From NCBI RefSeq assembly GCF_964355755.1, contig NC_092678.1:11468352-11532351 (forward strand): a stretch of 64,000 nucleotides of DNA, given 5' to 3'. This document shows positions 1 to 12,700 of the stretch, piece after piece. The stretch's first letter is position 1, and each line of letters opens with the position of its first letter. The translations under genes were made by a program, and so were the position numbers. The notes under the pieces were generated by a model that was not told the DNA's origin, searched no databases, and saw only the letters and a program-made list of their open reading frames with translations. Origin of the DNA: Antedon mediterranea (lineage: Eukaryota > Animalia > Echinodermata).

Positions 1-647
1 GGTTAGAAATATGATAAGTAATTAACATTAATTAGCATTTAATATAATTCATTGTTTAATTGGAAGCCATTGGAGTTTATGTAATATTGGTGTAATGTCA
101 AGTGATGGATACAAGTCAAGCTGCAGTATATAAAAGAAGTTGTAATTTATTAAGCTCTTCATTTGGTAGACCATACAAAATGGCATTACAGTAATCTAAC
201 CGATGTTATGAGTGAGTTTAATTAGCGCGAATTGGGTTAAGGATTTGCGAAGAAGTGCATGTTTTGTTACACAGGTGGTACTGACTGACTGACTGACTGA
301 CAGATTTGTTGTTAATATGTCTAGACATTGTCATTGCTGAGTCAACAACACATGCTCGATAACTTAGCCTCATGGCAATCTGTGCTCTCTACTTGAGCAC
401 TTGGACCTAGTGTTTATGAACCATATTTACCTTAAAACGAAAAATTTTGTTCATAATATAATCTATATATAAATTTACGTAATGGAAAAATTTGTTAATA
501 AAATACATTAGTATTGTATGTAGATCATCAGTCTTATCAACGTGGATGTTGGAAGTCACCAGTGATAATAAAATGAGATCAGCATTTAATCTGCTAATCT
601 GCTCTGCAATATAACACTCTGAACACTATTCTTCTTATACATTACAG

Positions 648-758
648 GTTTGGCTTATGCATTCCTTGCTTCTCTTAAACCAGTTTATGGATTGTACATA
701 AATTTCTTTCCTGTTATTCTGTATGCGTTGATGGGAACTTCAAAACATATATCAGTTG
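648..758 (+). CDS. SLC26 exon ([38 protein letters not shown])
   Basis: tacag acceptor, G|gtaagt donor; SLC26 signature region. Confidence 0.93.
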
Positions 759-3700
759 GTAAGTATTAAAAGTACATTATGTGTAAACAAGTGTGTTATC
801 TGGTATTGAAAATTTTAAGAAAATATTCTAGCCGTATATTTTAATATTTTATCTATAATTTTGATTTTAATGTTAACAAATGTATTACAGTATTATTCAA
901 ATTGAATTCAACGTTGAAAGCAAGATTGTTTAATTGACTATTCGGAACTCATGCGTCAAATTACTCTGCAAAATACAATGAAAAATTCTGAAGATAGCAT
1001 AAAAATGTAATTGTCTAGAATAGATAGATATATGATATAGTTGAAATACAATACAAATTCGAAAAATCTGCTGAAGTCAAATTTGCATCTGTTGAATTTG
1101 TAAGTCAAATCTTTTTTCAACATAATTTTTGGGTCCAAATACACACATTTTTACTGATTTTCTACTAGGTGTGTTATAATATGTTAAGTAGTTTCCTTGA
1201 TTGAACTGATCTTTACATATTGTTTTGTTAGGCGTGTTTGCTGTTGTCAGCATCATGACCGGAATAACAGTGGATGCGGCTGTTGAGGCCAAACGTTTAG
1301 AAAACAGTACCATCAATGAAGAAATTGAAAAGGTCAAAGCAGCAACAACTCTCTGCTTTATGGTTGGTTTCATTCAGGTAAATTTTTTTTTTTATTATGC
1401 AATAGGTTGTCGCAAACTTAATTTCATGCTAAACCTAAATTCTTTCTTTAGTAAAACATCCCAAAACTGAATTTCTCCATTTCAAATGTTGTATTCTGTT
1501 CCAACCAAAATATTAAGTATTATATTTTAGATGTCATATCCAAAGTTTTTCACATGCACAAACCAGGATAGCTTTAATTGTTTGCTATGTTTAATGTTCA
1601 TAGCTCATTAAGTGAATGCAATTGAAGATTATGACTGATGTACCTCCCATCGCCACCTTATAATTTTCAGATTGTTGTCAAGTACTGACCACTGACCACC
1701 ACTGATTAATCTGGAGTGAAAAAAAACATGCTTGAGTGTTGTTCATTAAAATAATACAATCTTTTGTCAGCATCCATTTGTGCAATCTACTTAATGTTTG
1801 CTATTTACAAGTTCACCACTTATTAAATTTACGTGCAGGCCCCACGAATCAACTCTTCAAATCAGGTGTGAAATCGTGTTTATAAACAATTTGTGATGGT
1901 CATTCAAGCATAGTTTAAATTTTTACATCAATTCTACAACTCAACTGACAAGCTAATGTGTTGAACAAACTTTCAACATGGTACCTAAACCAAATGTTTA
2001 TTAGAAAATTGATAAAATAATCATCAAACAACAAATTATAGTAATTAATATACTACCAGCACACATTGTATAATATAAAAGTCAATAGAAGGAGAAATAA
2101 GAAAATTTAATTGATAGAGTTATATAAAGTACTAACAAAATTAAAATAAGTATAATATGTTATATATTGTTTTAAGCTTTTAGGCAAAATCAAATGTTGA
2201 TAAAAGTTTGCGGTACACAACGTATATTAGTTCTGAAAAGAACTGTTGAGTTTCTTGACGTTTTGATCAATATGCTTTGATAGTCCTCAGGAGTGAGAAT
2301 GACTAACTCCTGAGGACGATCAAAACATTTTGATCGAAACGTCGAGATACTCAAAAGTTCTTTTCAGAACTAATACGTGGTGTACCGCAAACTTTATATC
2401 AACATATAATATGTTATTCATTTTATTTTTCAGTTTTTACTAGGTTTGTTTCAGCTAGGGTTTATCAGTGTTTACTTGTCTGATCCAGTGGTGCGAGGAT
2501 TCACAACAGGAGCTGCGATGCATGTGTTTACTTCACAGTTCAAGCACCTCTTTGGAATAGAACTGGAGTCTTACTTTGGCCCCTTTGCCTTAATTAAGGT
2601 TTGCCTTTTTTGTTTTTATTGCTGTATTTTAATTCTTAGGTTTTTTAGTTTAAAGATAAAAACCTTTATCAGTTATGGTTTTTTTGATAATTAGTCACAT
2701 ATTGTAAATCAAATGATTTGCAGAAGTATGACTTGCATCAATATTCAAAGAGAAAAAAACCCAAAAAACTGTAATAGCAATACTACCAAAGAATCTAACC
2801 CACAAGAATCTCCCGTCTTGTCAATTTTACATTATAAATACTGTATCACAAGTACAGGGTCATAGGTCACACTGGGCACCACCATTCTGACAGTGCCTCG
2901 TCAAACTAGAAAGAATAAGTATCATTTTTTTCAAAGGGGAAAAAACGAGAGTTAAAATTGATTATTATAATATTGCAATATAATTGTGCATTTTTTTACA
3001 TTTTTTTTTCAGAGTTATGAAGAACTATTTTCTGAATTAAACACAACTAATATAGCAACATTGATAATGGGTCTTTGTTCTATCATTGCACTTGTTTTAG
3101 TCAAAGAAATACAAGATAAATATAAAGATAGAATCAAGTTTCCAATACCTATGGAGTTGGCTGTTGTATGTATAATATCATTTACTATCAATCAAGCAAT
3201 TTCAAATAGATACTAATTTTGTTGATTATGATTTTTTTTTTAATTATATTAGGCCATTGTGTCAGTTTGAAAAGTTTACTGTTCTGTTGTTACTTCTAAA
3301 CATATTACAGTAGTAGTACTATTCATTTATTGTATTCAGTTAATACAAAGATTTTTACTTACAACACTGATAGTAATAGGGAGTTTTCGCAACCTTTATA
3401 CGATAACGAAAACGGATACGTCACACATTTGTGAAACTTTTGAGCTGATCCCCATTTCATATTCGTAAAGCATATTCGTGTTGACGAATATCACCAGTCA
3501 TATTCGTAACTACAAAACGAGTATAGTTTTGGATCTATTTTGCATTTGAATCCGGAATGATTCATAATTATACTTTTATTTAAAGTAATTTACTAAAATG
3601 CCAGGTCAATTTTGATAAATAACAGATTTTAAAGTCCTCATTTGCTTTGATGTTATGCTAGGCCTAGACAGCCAAGCACCGTTTTTGTTATCGTATTCGT

Positions 3701-6700
3701 AAGGTTGCGAAAACTCCCTAATGTTTGATAGATAAACAACCTTCATCATCAACTCGCATAGTAAAAAAGGAAAATTGTACAATTTAAATTCTTCAAAAGT
3801 ATTAAATAATTTAAAAGTAAAAAAATTATTTTAGTTAATTATTATAAAATACAGATACAGGTAGGTAACAGATACAGATAAACTTTCATCTTTCACAAAA
3901 AAAAGTACATGGTCGCAGTTCAAGAATACAATAATGACAATATTGAAAACAAATTAAGTAAATACTCAAACAGATTATCTCTGAAAATACAATTTAGATA
4001 AACAGTGAATGATACTTTGCATTTTTTTTTTTTTAGATTGTTTTTGGGACAGTTGTATCAAGTAAAATAAACTTAGAGGAGAAGTATGATGTAATCATTG
4101 TTGGAACAATACCAACTGGGTAAATCTGTTTTTTTGCATTGTGTATTAAACTATTGCTATTGATAATGAAGTTATTTCTAAAAAGAAATATAATATACAG
4201 TATTATATACCACCTAAATAGATTCCTAGGCCTGAGGCCTACTACATCCCTAGGTCCCTGGAGGATGAACAGACGACCAGGGCCAAAGACAATCCCTAGG
4301 CCTGAGGCCTACTACATCCCTAGGTCCCTGGAGGGTGAACAGACGACCAGGGCCAAAGACAATCCCTAGGCCTGAGGCCTACTACATCCCTAGGTCCCTG
4401 GAGGGTGAACAGACGACCAGGGCCAAAGACAATCCCTAGGCCTGAGGCCTACTACATCCCTAGGTCTCTGGAGGATGAACAGACGACCAGGGCCAAAGAC
4501 AATCAGGGCCATCATATTATGATAGAGATGATTGATTCCATATTTTATGTGCCCGTTCGTCTTATCAGTTTTGCCCGATCGTCTTAGATGTTGGGCCCGA
4601 TAGTCTTAATCGTTTGGCCCAATAGTCTTAACATTGGGCCCGATAGACAAGTACATTGTTTGTAAATGCGTTCCATTATAGTTTATAATTGAGCTACGGT
4701 AATAGCATACATAGCGAGATGAAGTGAAATATTGTGTTAGTTTTTGCGTGATTTACCTTTCTGTTTAGTACTTATTCAACAGAGTATTTTGAGCGTCGAG
4801 ATTGTTCTTAACGAAGAAGCGTTGTTACCGTTTGCTACATTTTTATCCTTTTTTTACCTCATAACCTGATTATAATAATAATAATAACAACTTTATTTAA
4901 AAACGGATGCAACACTTGAATCACCATATTGGTGTTTTTCACAAGGCCGTTACTTACTACAAAACTATTTATACTATTACACAAGTTATAATTTAGGGTG
5001 CAGGTCAAGTCGGCCCCACGTCAAGTTGGCCCCAAGTCAACTCGGCCTCAAGTCAACTCGGCCTCAAGTCAACTCGGCCTCACGTCAACTCAGCCAAAAA
5101 CTAATCGATCAACTCGGCCACAATAAAGTATGGAACGCAAAAAGTGCTTAATATTATTATGATTCTTACTATCCACGCTTTAAAAAAAATGAAGAAATAA
5201 AAAAAAAATAATATAGGAGGCCTACGTTCCACCATTTGGCCATAGAAAAAATGATCGTACATCGTTTTTGTCCATGATTTGCGTTTTAAAAAAAGGGGAA
5301 TCCCCCGGTCAGTGAAAACATGTAGCAGTTGTAGATATCGAAAAAGCTGCCAAAGGCGCAGGGAGGCGCAGCTACGAATTGTTTTCAATTGTGCAATTTG
5401 AAATTTTATTAAACGTAAATAAAGGAAAGTTGGTGAAATCATTACTATTTTTTTTGCTAAATATATTATTGTCTAAATATTAATATTCATTAAAAGTCAG
5501 AATTATTTATAGTTAAAAAATTGTGAAGAAATATTATTTTATCAATCCCCTTCATTTGCACTTTTTGCGTTCCATAGTTTAACGGGGCCCAGTTGACCGA
5601 TTATTTTTTGGCCGAGTTGACGTGAGGCCGAGTTGACTTGGGGCCGACTTGACTTGGGGCCGACTTGACTTGGGGCCGACTTGACTTGGGGCCGACTTGA
5701 CTTTGGCCGAGACGGTTTAGGGCCGACTTGGATCAAAATCATAATTTACAGTACAAAAACAACAACAACAAAAAAGGATTTCCTGAAAAATATAGAGTTT
5801 CAAGTATATTTTATCTTTGGTCATTTATAATTTTTTTAAATAATGTCTATTAGGAGCTGTAATTGCATTTGAGTTTATAGCATTTAAACTATTCCATAGC
5901 TTTGCACCAGAATACGAGAAACTTTTCTTTTTATACTCGGTGTTTGCCTTATGTAAACTTAGAATATCTTTTGATCTAGTATTATATGTTTGTTTGCGTT
6001 CATAGAATCTGTTTCTTAAGTAGGATGGTGTCAAGTTATTCATTATTTTATACATTGTGACTGCTTCGTTGTAATATTGTTTTTCTTCTAAATTAGGCCA
6101 ATTTAAATCTTTGAGCGCCTGTGAGCTAGAGTCATACCTAGATGTATGTGTAATTATTTTTTGCCGCTCTATTTTGGAGTACTTGGAGTTTATATTTGAG
6201 GGTTTGGTTACAACAACCCCATACTACATTGCAGTAGCCAAAATGGTGGGCTATGATAGATTTGTACATTAATGATTGAATATTTTGAGGGAAAATATTG
6301 CTGCATTTTTTTAGATAGTACAGACCTGATATTACTTTATTTTTCACCTGATCTATTTGTTTATGCCATTTTAAATTTTCATCGATAATGACACCTAAAT
6401 GTTTACAGTTATTTACTTTTTTGTACCGTCTATATTAATATTAATATCCATGTTAATCAATTTATTTAATTTTTGATGTGTTCCTAAAATCATATATTCA
6501 GTCTTTTTAACGTTTAGACTTAATTTGTTACTTGCTATAAACCATAGTTGTACATGTTTTAGATCAGTATTTACTTAGCTTATTATATCGTGTATGTCTT
6601 TAGATGCATAATATAACGCAGTGTCATCTGCGTACATGCTTACATTTACATGGGAAACTGAGTTAGGTAGATCATTAATATACATGATAAATAGAAGGGG

Positions 6701-9700
6701 CCCTAATATTGATCCCTGAGGGATTCTACAAACACTATTAGACTTTACCGAATCAACATTGTTAATATTAGTAATATGTGTACGATTTGTTAAATAATTT
6801 TCAAACCATTTGATAACATGATTAGCAAAACTAAAATTGTGTAGTTTTTTTATTAGTATCTGGTGATTAACAGTGTCGAAAGCTTTTTTGAGATCAAGCA
6901 TTATTAGTCCTATGTATTTACCATTTTCAATACTGTCAATCCTACTATAACTTCAGTTATATTTATTAATGCCGATGATGTCGAGTAATTTGGCCTAAAT
7001 CCAGATTGTTGATTGTATAATTTAGGGTTGATTTGTGAATAGAGTTGTCAATAATTTTCAATAAAATTGGTAGTACAGAAATTGGCCTGTAGTTAGATGG
7101 TTCACTTCGGTCGCCATTTTTAAAAATTGGGCATATTCGTGCATTTTTCCATTTACTTGGGAAGTCGCTGGTTCTTAGAGATAAATTAATTAAAAATGTA
7201 ATGGGTTGTACAATTGAGTTGATTGCTAATTTTATTAGTTTAGCAGGAATTTCATCAGTTCCTGTAGCCTTTTTGTCAGATAATGATAAAATTTGTTTGT
7301 ATACATATTCTTCGTCAACAAATGTGAAATTTATTTTGTCTTCATCTTGATTTGGGTATTCATAATTTACATGGTTATTTTTAAATTGAGGAATTTGTTT
7401 AGCTAGGTTAGGTCCTATGTTTGCAAAAAACTCATTTAAAGTATTAGCTATCTTGTAAGAATCTGTTTCAAGGCCATTTATTGTATTTATACTACTTATA
7501 ACACTTTTTTTATTCTCAGATGGTACAATATATCTTATGTTTTTCCAGATTATTTTGGAATCTTTTGTATTTAATTGTTCAGAGAAATAATCCTTTTTTG
7601 ATTTCCTGATATCGTAATTTACTTTGTTTTTTAATTCACGGTATTCGTTCCATAATTGAGGACAATTTTCTTTATTCGCTCTTTTTTTCATTGAGTCACG
7701 TTTTCGCATTTGTAATATTACATTTTTTGTGAGCCATGGGCTATCTTTATTTCGAACCCGTTTTTTCTTTAAAGGTACATGTTTATTAACAATTTGTAAA
7801 AACTTGTCTTCAATTCAAGAAACTGCAGAGCGTTCTGAAGTTATTTCATCCCAATTTACATTTAACATATCAATTTGTAGTTTTTCCTCATCAAGGTTAT
7901 TGTAGTTCCTTTTTGTTTTATATTTATGGTTATGTTTTGGTTTTTCTTCTTTACCAATGATAGTGTAAATAGCTGAATGATCACTAATTCCTGTGTTAAG
8001 TACACCCGAGGAAGAAATTCTGTTTGGAAAGGATGTATAAAAATGATCAATCAGAGTTTTACTTTGTTTTGTTATCCTTGTCGGTTCAGTTATAATTTGT
8101 GTTAGAAAATGGTTATTAGTTATATCCATTAATTTTTGTGTATAGCAAGTAGGGTTTTGTGAAAGTGTGTCACAATTGACATCTCCTATTACAGTATTAT
8201 TATTTCTTTGTTTAGACATTCGTTTTCTTCTAAAATTTGTTAAAAAATATCTAAAAGTTGAATTTTTGAGTTTGGTGGGCGGTACCATGCTATTAAAATG
8301 ATTGGTTTAGTTTTTGGTTTACAAAGTTCAATTACTACTATCTCAAGCTCCATTTTCATGAAATCATTTCTTAGTTTACAAGTAAAACATCCTCCTCTAT
8401 TTACATAAACTGCAACCCCTCCCCCTTCCCTATTTCTGTCATTTCTATAAATATCATAGCCATCAATGTGTATTGATTCATCTTTAATTACATTATCTAA
8501 ACGTGTTTCATTGAGTGCTATGATATCAATAGAATTGTTGTTGATTAGATACTTAAATTCATCAAATTTGCTTGGTAGAGAAACTATATTCAATCCTAGG
8601 ATACTTAGACCATTATTTAAAAATACTTTACAATTTTCAGTTAAATTATTATGTTCATTTAGCGAGCAGTTATGTTGATAGTTAATTGTTTCATTTTTAT
8701 TTGAATTGATCGTATACGTTAAATTTGAAGCACCTCCGGGTGGTATAGTATCATTTATATAAGTTTGTTGAGTGTTCACCTCGTCATGGGGATTTTGTTC
8801 AAATTCATTGTCATTAATCATAGAATTTAGGGCTAACCCCTCATTGCCTATTTCCTAGTAGTCATAAAAAGCTTGGCAAAACTTAGCCTTATGTCCTACA
8901 GAGTTACATTTCCAGCATGTAATCGGTGCTCTATGACGACATATCCTCTGCACATGTCCACTCTCACCACAGTTGAAGCAGGGATTCAGAGCTTCCTGGT
9001 TGAAGGATGAAACTGTAACAGATGAGTATCGTTGTTTGCCTTCTTGGTTTCGTTGTCTCGCTGGTGTACGTATTACTTGCACTGCTCTATTAATACTTCT
9101 TAGTAGGACCGATGTACCTTTCTGGTTGAGATGTAGGCCATGTCTTGTAAAGTAATTCGAATGTACACCGTGTGCATCTGTGAAATAGTTGGTATGGTCA
9201 ATGTACATATGGCCAAAAACCATTTGGAGCATATCATTTGCTTCAGCAATTTGTCTGTTAAAATTTGTATTGTCAAGACGAGGACAGATGCCTGAGACGA
9301 GCACCTTTCCAGATATCCTTTGTTGCAAATATGTTGTTATTTGAAGAAAGTCTTTGTGAAGTTTGCTAATGTTAAAATCTTCTCGACTACAATCATTTGT
9401 TCCAGCATGAATTATTATAACATTTTCCAGATTCATATGTGTTACAGCATTGTAAAGTTGACTAACAGTAAAGCCTCGCTTTGTCCTGACTTATGTATCA
9501 CTTAGACCTCTTGTTTTAATTAGTTTCAACATGGAATCTCCGATTACCAAATTTGTTGTCTTCACAGTGTGAGATGCATTATCATTTTGTTGGACGCTGT
9601 ATGTTGAGTTTTGGATGGCTTGATCAGATTCAGGAATTAACGGCTCAGGTAAAGTGGGGAGCTCATCTACCAGTTGAACAAAATGGTTACTAGTATGGAT

Positions 9701-12700
9701 CTCGTGATCATTACCATTCAGACTTATTTCCTGGCAACAGTTATGAATAGGCTGATAAAATGTGTTGTGTTTTTTTACATCAAGCTCTGATCGTAGGCTA
9801 GTAATTTGTGCCTCAAGGTGTTCATTTCTCTCACTTAGTTCCTTAAAAGATGTAGAAAGTTGGGCAAAGTTAGCATGAACAGTTTTCAGATCGTGTATTT
9901 GTTTCCGTAGATCATTTATTGTGTCATCCTTACTTTTCACTTTGTTTTTTAAGGAGGGTGTCAGATCCCAGTGCTCGGGTGTTTGGGTGACTATATTGGT
10001 TGTTCTTGTTGCAATTGATTGTGTAGAAACTTCACGAATCTCAACTGAAGAAGTAATCGTAGCAGCATCAAATGTTCTGGGATTATTAGTAAATCGCTTA
10101 ATTGGTGTGGAAGCCGAGGGTGTTGTTAAATAAGAAGGCATACTTAAGATAGATAGCTCTTAATCCCTGAATTCCTTCAAAATTAATTCTTCATCGTCAT
10201 TATCAAATGTCCGATTAGCTGGACACACCAGGCTATCAGATATGAGATTTGCCATTGTAAGAGTCAAGTTTAAAACGGGCATTGGGCTTGTTTGTGCCTA
10301 TGAGTCAGTTCAATATAAACAGGATGCGAATTGAAACAAAGGCTTAGTTTGTCCAGCCCAGAACTTCTTACATAACACTTTTCAAGTACAGTAGGTTACA
10401 ATACTTGCTTTATTCCTTTGTTCTTCAGAAATAGGTATGCTTGATTTTCAACTTTGCAGCCTAGGTTTCAGTTATAAAATTTGCAAAAACCATACCTCAA
10501 ATCATGAAACTCCAGTGAAAATAAAAAACTGCAAACAATCACCTAATCTTTTATATAGTTTGTAGTGAGAAAATATCCTTTTTTAGAGTAATAAAGATGA
10601 ACTTTTAGAGAGAGCTCTCCAGTATTCCTGCAGCCTACAAACTTTCATGTTAATACAATAGATTATCTTCCCGGATTACATGTATTCGATCAAATAATTA
10701 TTATTTCTATTTAGATTCAATAGACATGCCTGTTATGTACACAATTAGTATTAAGCAAAAAGCCTGCAGGGCCGTGGGGTTGAATCACACGTACCGCCGA
10801 CCGCGGGATTCCCCTTTTATATACAGTAGAAAAAACAACAACACGCATTTATAATGTCAAATAGACAACATTTAAAGATTCTACTGTCACCATGGATACT
10901 CTTTACAGGTCTGCCTCAAGTACATAGTTTATTACATTATTTTGTATCACAAACTCGTGGAAAGAACACATTTAATTTATTTTATGGTGAATATAAATGA
11001 AATCTAAATTGTTTTCTTGGACCCGATTGTCTTTCCTTTATTTTTATAATGGGCCCAATCGTCTAATTATATTGGCCCAAATGTCCCCAGTTGAGCCTGA
11101 ACATCCACACGCGATCGTTTAAAAAAAAGTCTGATTTTCTGACCCACGATCGTCCTTGGCCCTGACCGTCTGTCAATCTCCATGGAGTAGTAAGGCTTAG
11201 CCATAGCGAGTAGACCTAGGGCTAGCTTTTTTTTTTACAAATCTGTTGAAATTCAAATAACTGAATTGTTATACCAGGCAACTCTGCCTAAGTCGAATCT
11301 AATGGGGCTGGCATAAAAAGTAAAAAATTGGGTATGTAGAGTTGGTTGAAGTATGCGTTAGCCAAGTTGGCTACGAGGTGCATACACATGCTAACACTCC
11401 CGTATTTTAGACTCGTCTTCCGGCCTAAAATTGTTCTCCCGTTTTTCCACATTTTCTCCCGGATTTAAAAAATAACTAATTAATAATGAAACTAGAAAAT
11501 TTAGATCTTGATATCTGTGTTTTCTAGACACCCAAACAGAGAGCTTTTCATGCCATGTGACCCAAAAATCTAGGTCTTTGTTAATTACAGTCTTCTGTCA
11601 GCAGTGGTTTTGCGCGACCGACATAACGTTCTGATACTATATTTAGAATGATTTTTCACAATCTTTTTTATCGGCATCGTTTCTGGATCAACTAGACTAG
11701 TTCATTGAGGTTCACCGGTGTTGCATCGTGTCTCTATGTTTTCATCGTGAGAAATTTATATTTATATTAACCGTCGAGTAGGTAGTAAAAAATGTTATAT
11801 ATTTTTTAGTAATTTACAACTTGGTTCTCCGCCAGTCAAACTTAACACATTCATTTTCACACCTTGTTACTTCACTAAGAACATCATAGGGTCTTTTATT
11901 GAGGTTACAAACTCTCTACGAACTTCGGAACGTAGCTCATTGAAAATTGTTTATTGAGGTTACAAAGCCAAACAATGTAACCTACGAAGCCAACGACGTA
12001 GCTCATGTTGTATCTACGAAGCCAGCTCGTAGGAAAAGTTGCGGTATTTTCTTTCTGTACTGTACATATTTATAACTAAATCTCTTTTATTAGGTTGCCA
12101 GCCCCCACGATGCTTGACTTCTCATATGTACCATCATTAATGGGAAGTTCTTTTGCTATTTCCATGGTAGCTTTTTGTGGTACACTTTCAATGGCTAAAA
12201 TATTTGCAAAGAAGAACAATTATGAAATTGATGCTAATCAGGTTAGATATAATCACATTTATTACATGATATGAGGTAGTTTTTAGAAGGGGTTTTTCAA
12301 TTCTTACTTTATTATTCTGGAAATTTTTGTTCAGATATTTTATTTACTATATATTTGACTTATTTATTATGACAGTACATTGTATTATCTTGGCCAGAAA
12401 TTGATAGCAGTGTGCTTTTTATGCTAATTGAAACTTATCTATAACAATTGCACATATGTTTTATTGCATTGCATCCAAGTCCATCAATAGCTAGGCCAAA
12501 GTCTAATAAGGTACAGTAGGTCTAAGTCTAAGACAGTTGCCATAGGCATTTATTAAAGATGTATTGTCCCCCTGAAAAATTAATTTTTTACATTTTTTTT
12601 GTTGAATGTGCCATTTTATTGTCGCATAATAGTTATCCACTTTGAAAAAATTGAATAAAAAAAAATGTATTTACCTGAAAAAACTGTAATTTAAAGCAAA

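Larger units (their letters stand above)
4871..10640 (-). mobile_element. Near full-length, degenerate CR1/L2-group LINE
   Basis: ORF1 (about 10255-8855), ORF2 APE+RT (8821-5825, frameshifted), 3' AATAAA and (TTA)n tail at 4871-4897; 5' boundary approximate. Confidence 0.93.
4470..11181. mobile_element. Non-autonomous TIR DNA transposon (MULE/foldback-like) split by the LINE
   Basis: GGAGGATGAACAGACGACCAGGGCCAAAGACAATC matches the reverse complement of 11148-11181; subterminal GGCCC.AT.GTC repeats at 4540-4650 and 11020-11150; no clean TSD seen. Confidence 0.6.

Noticed and set aside
4139-4587. ORFs with repeated [15 protein letters not shown]
   Set aside because: Products of the 70-bp tandem repeat in an intron
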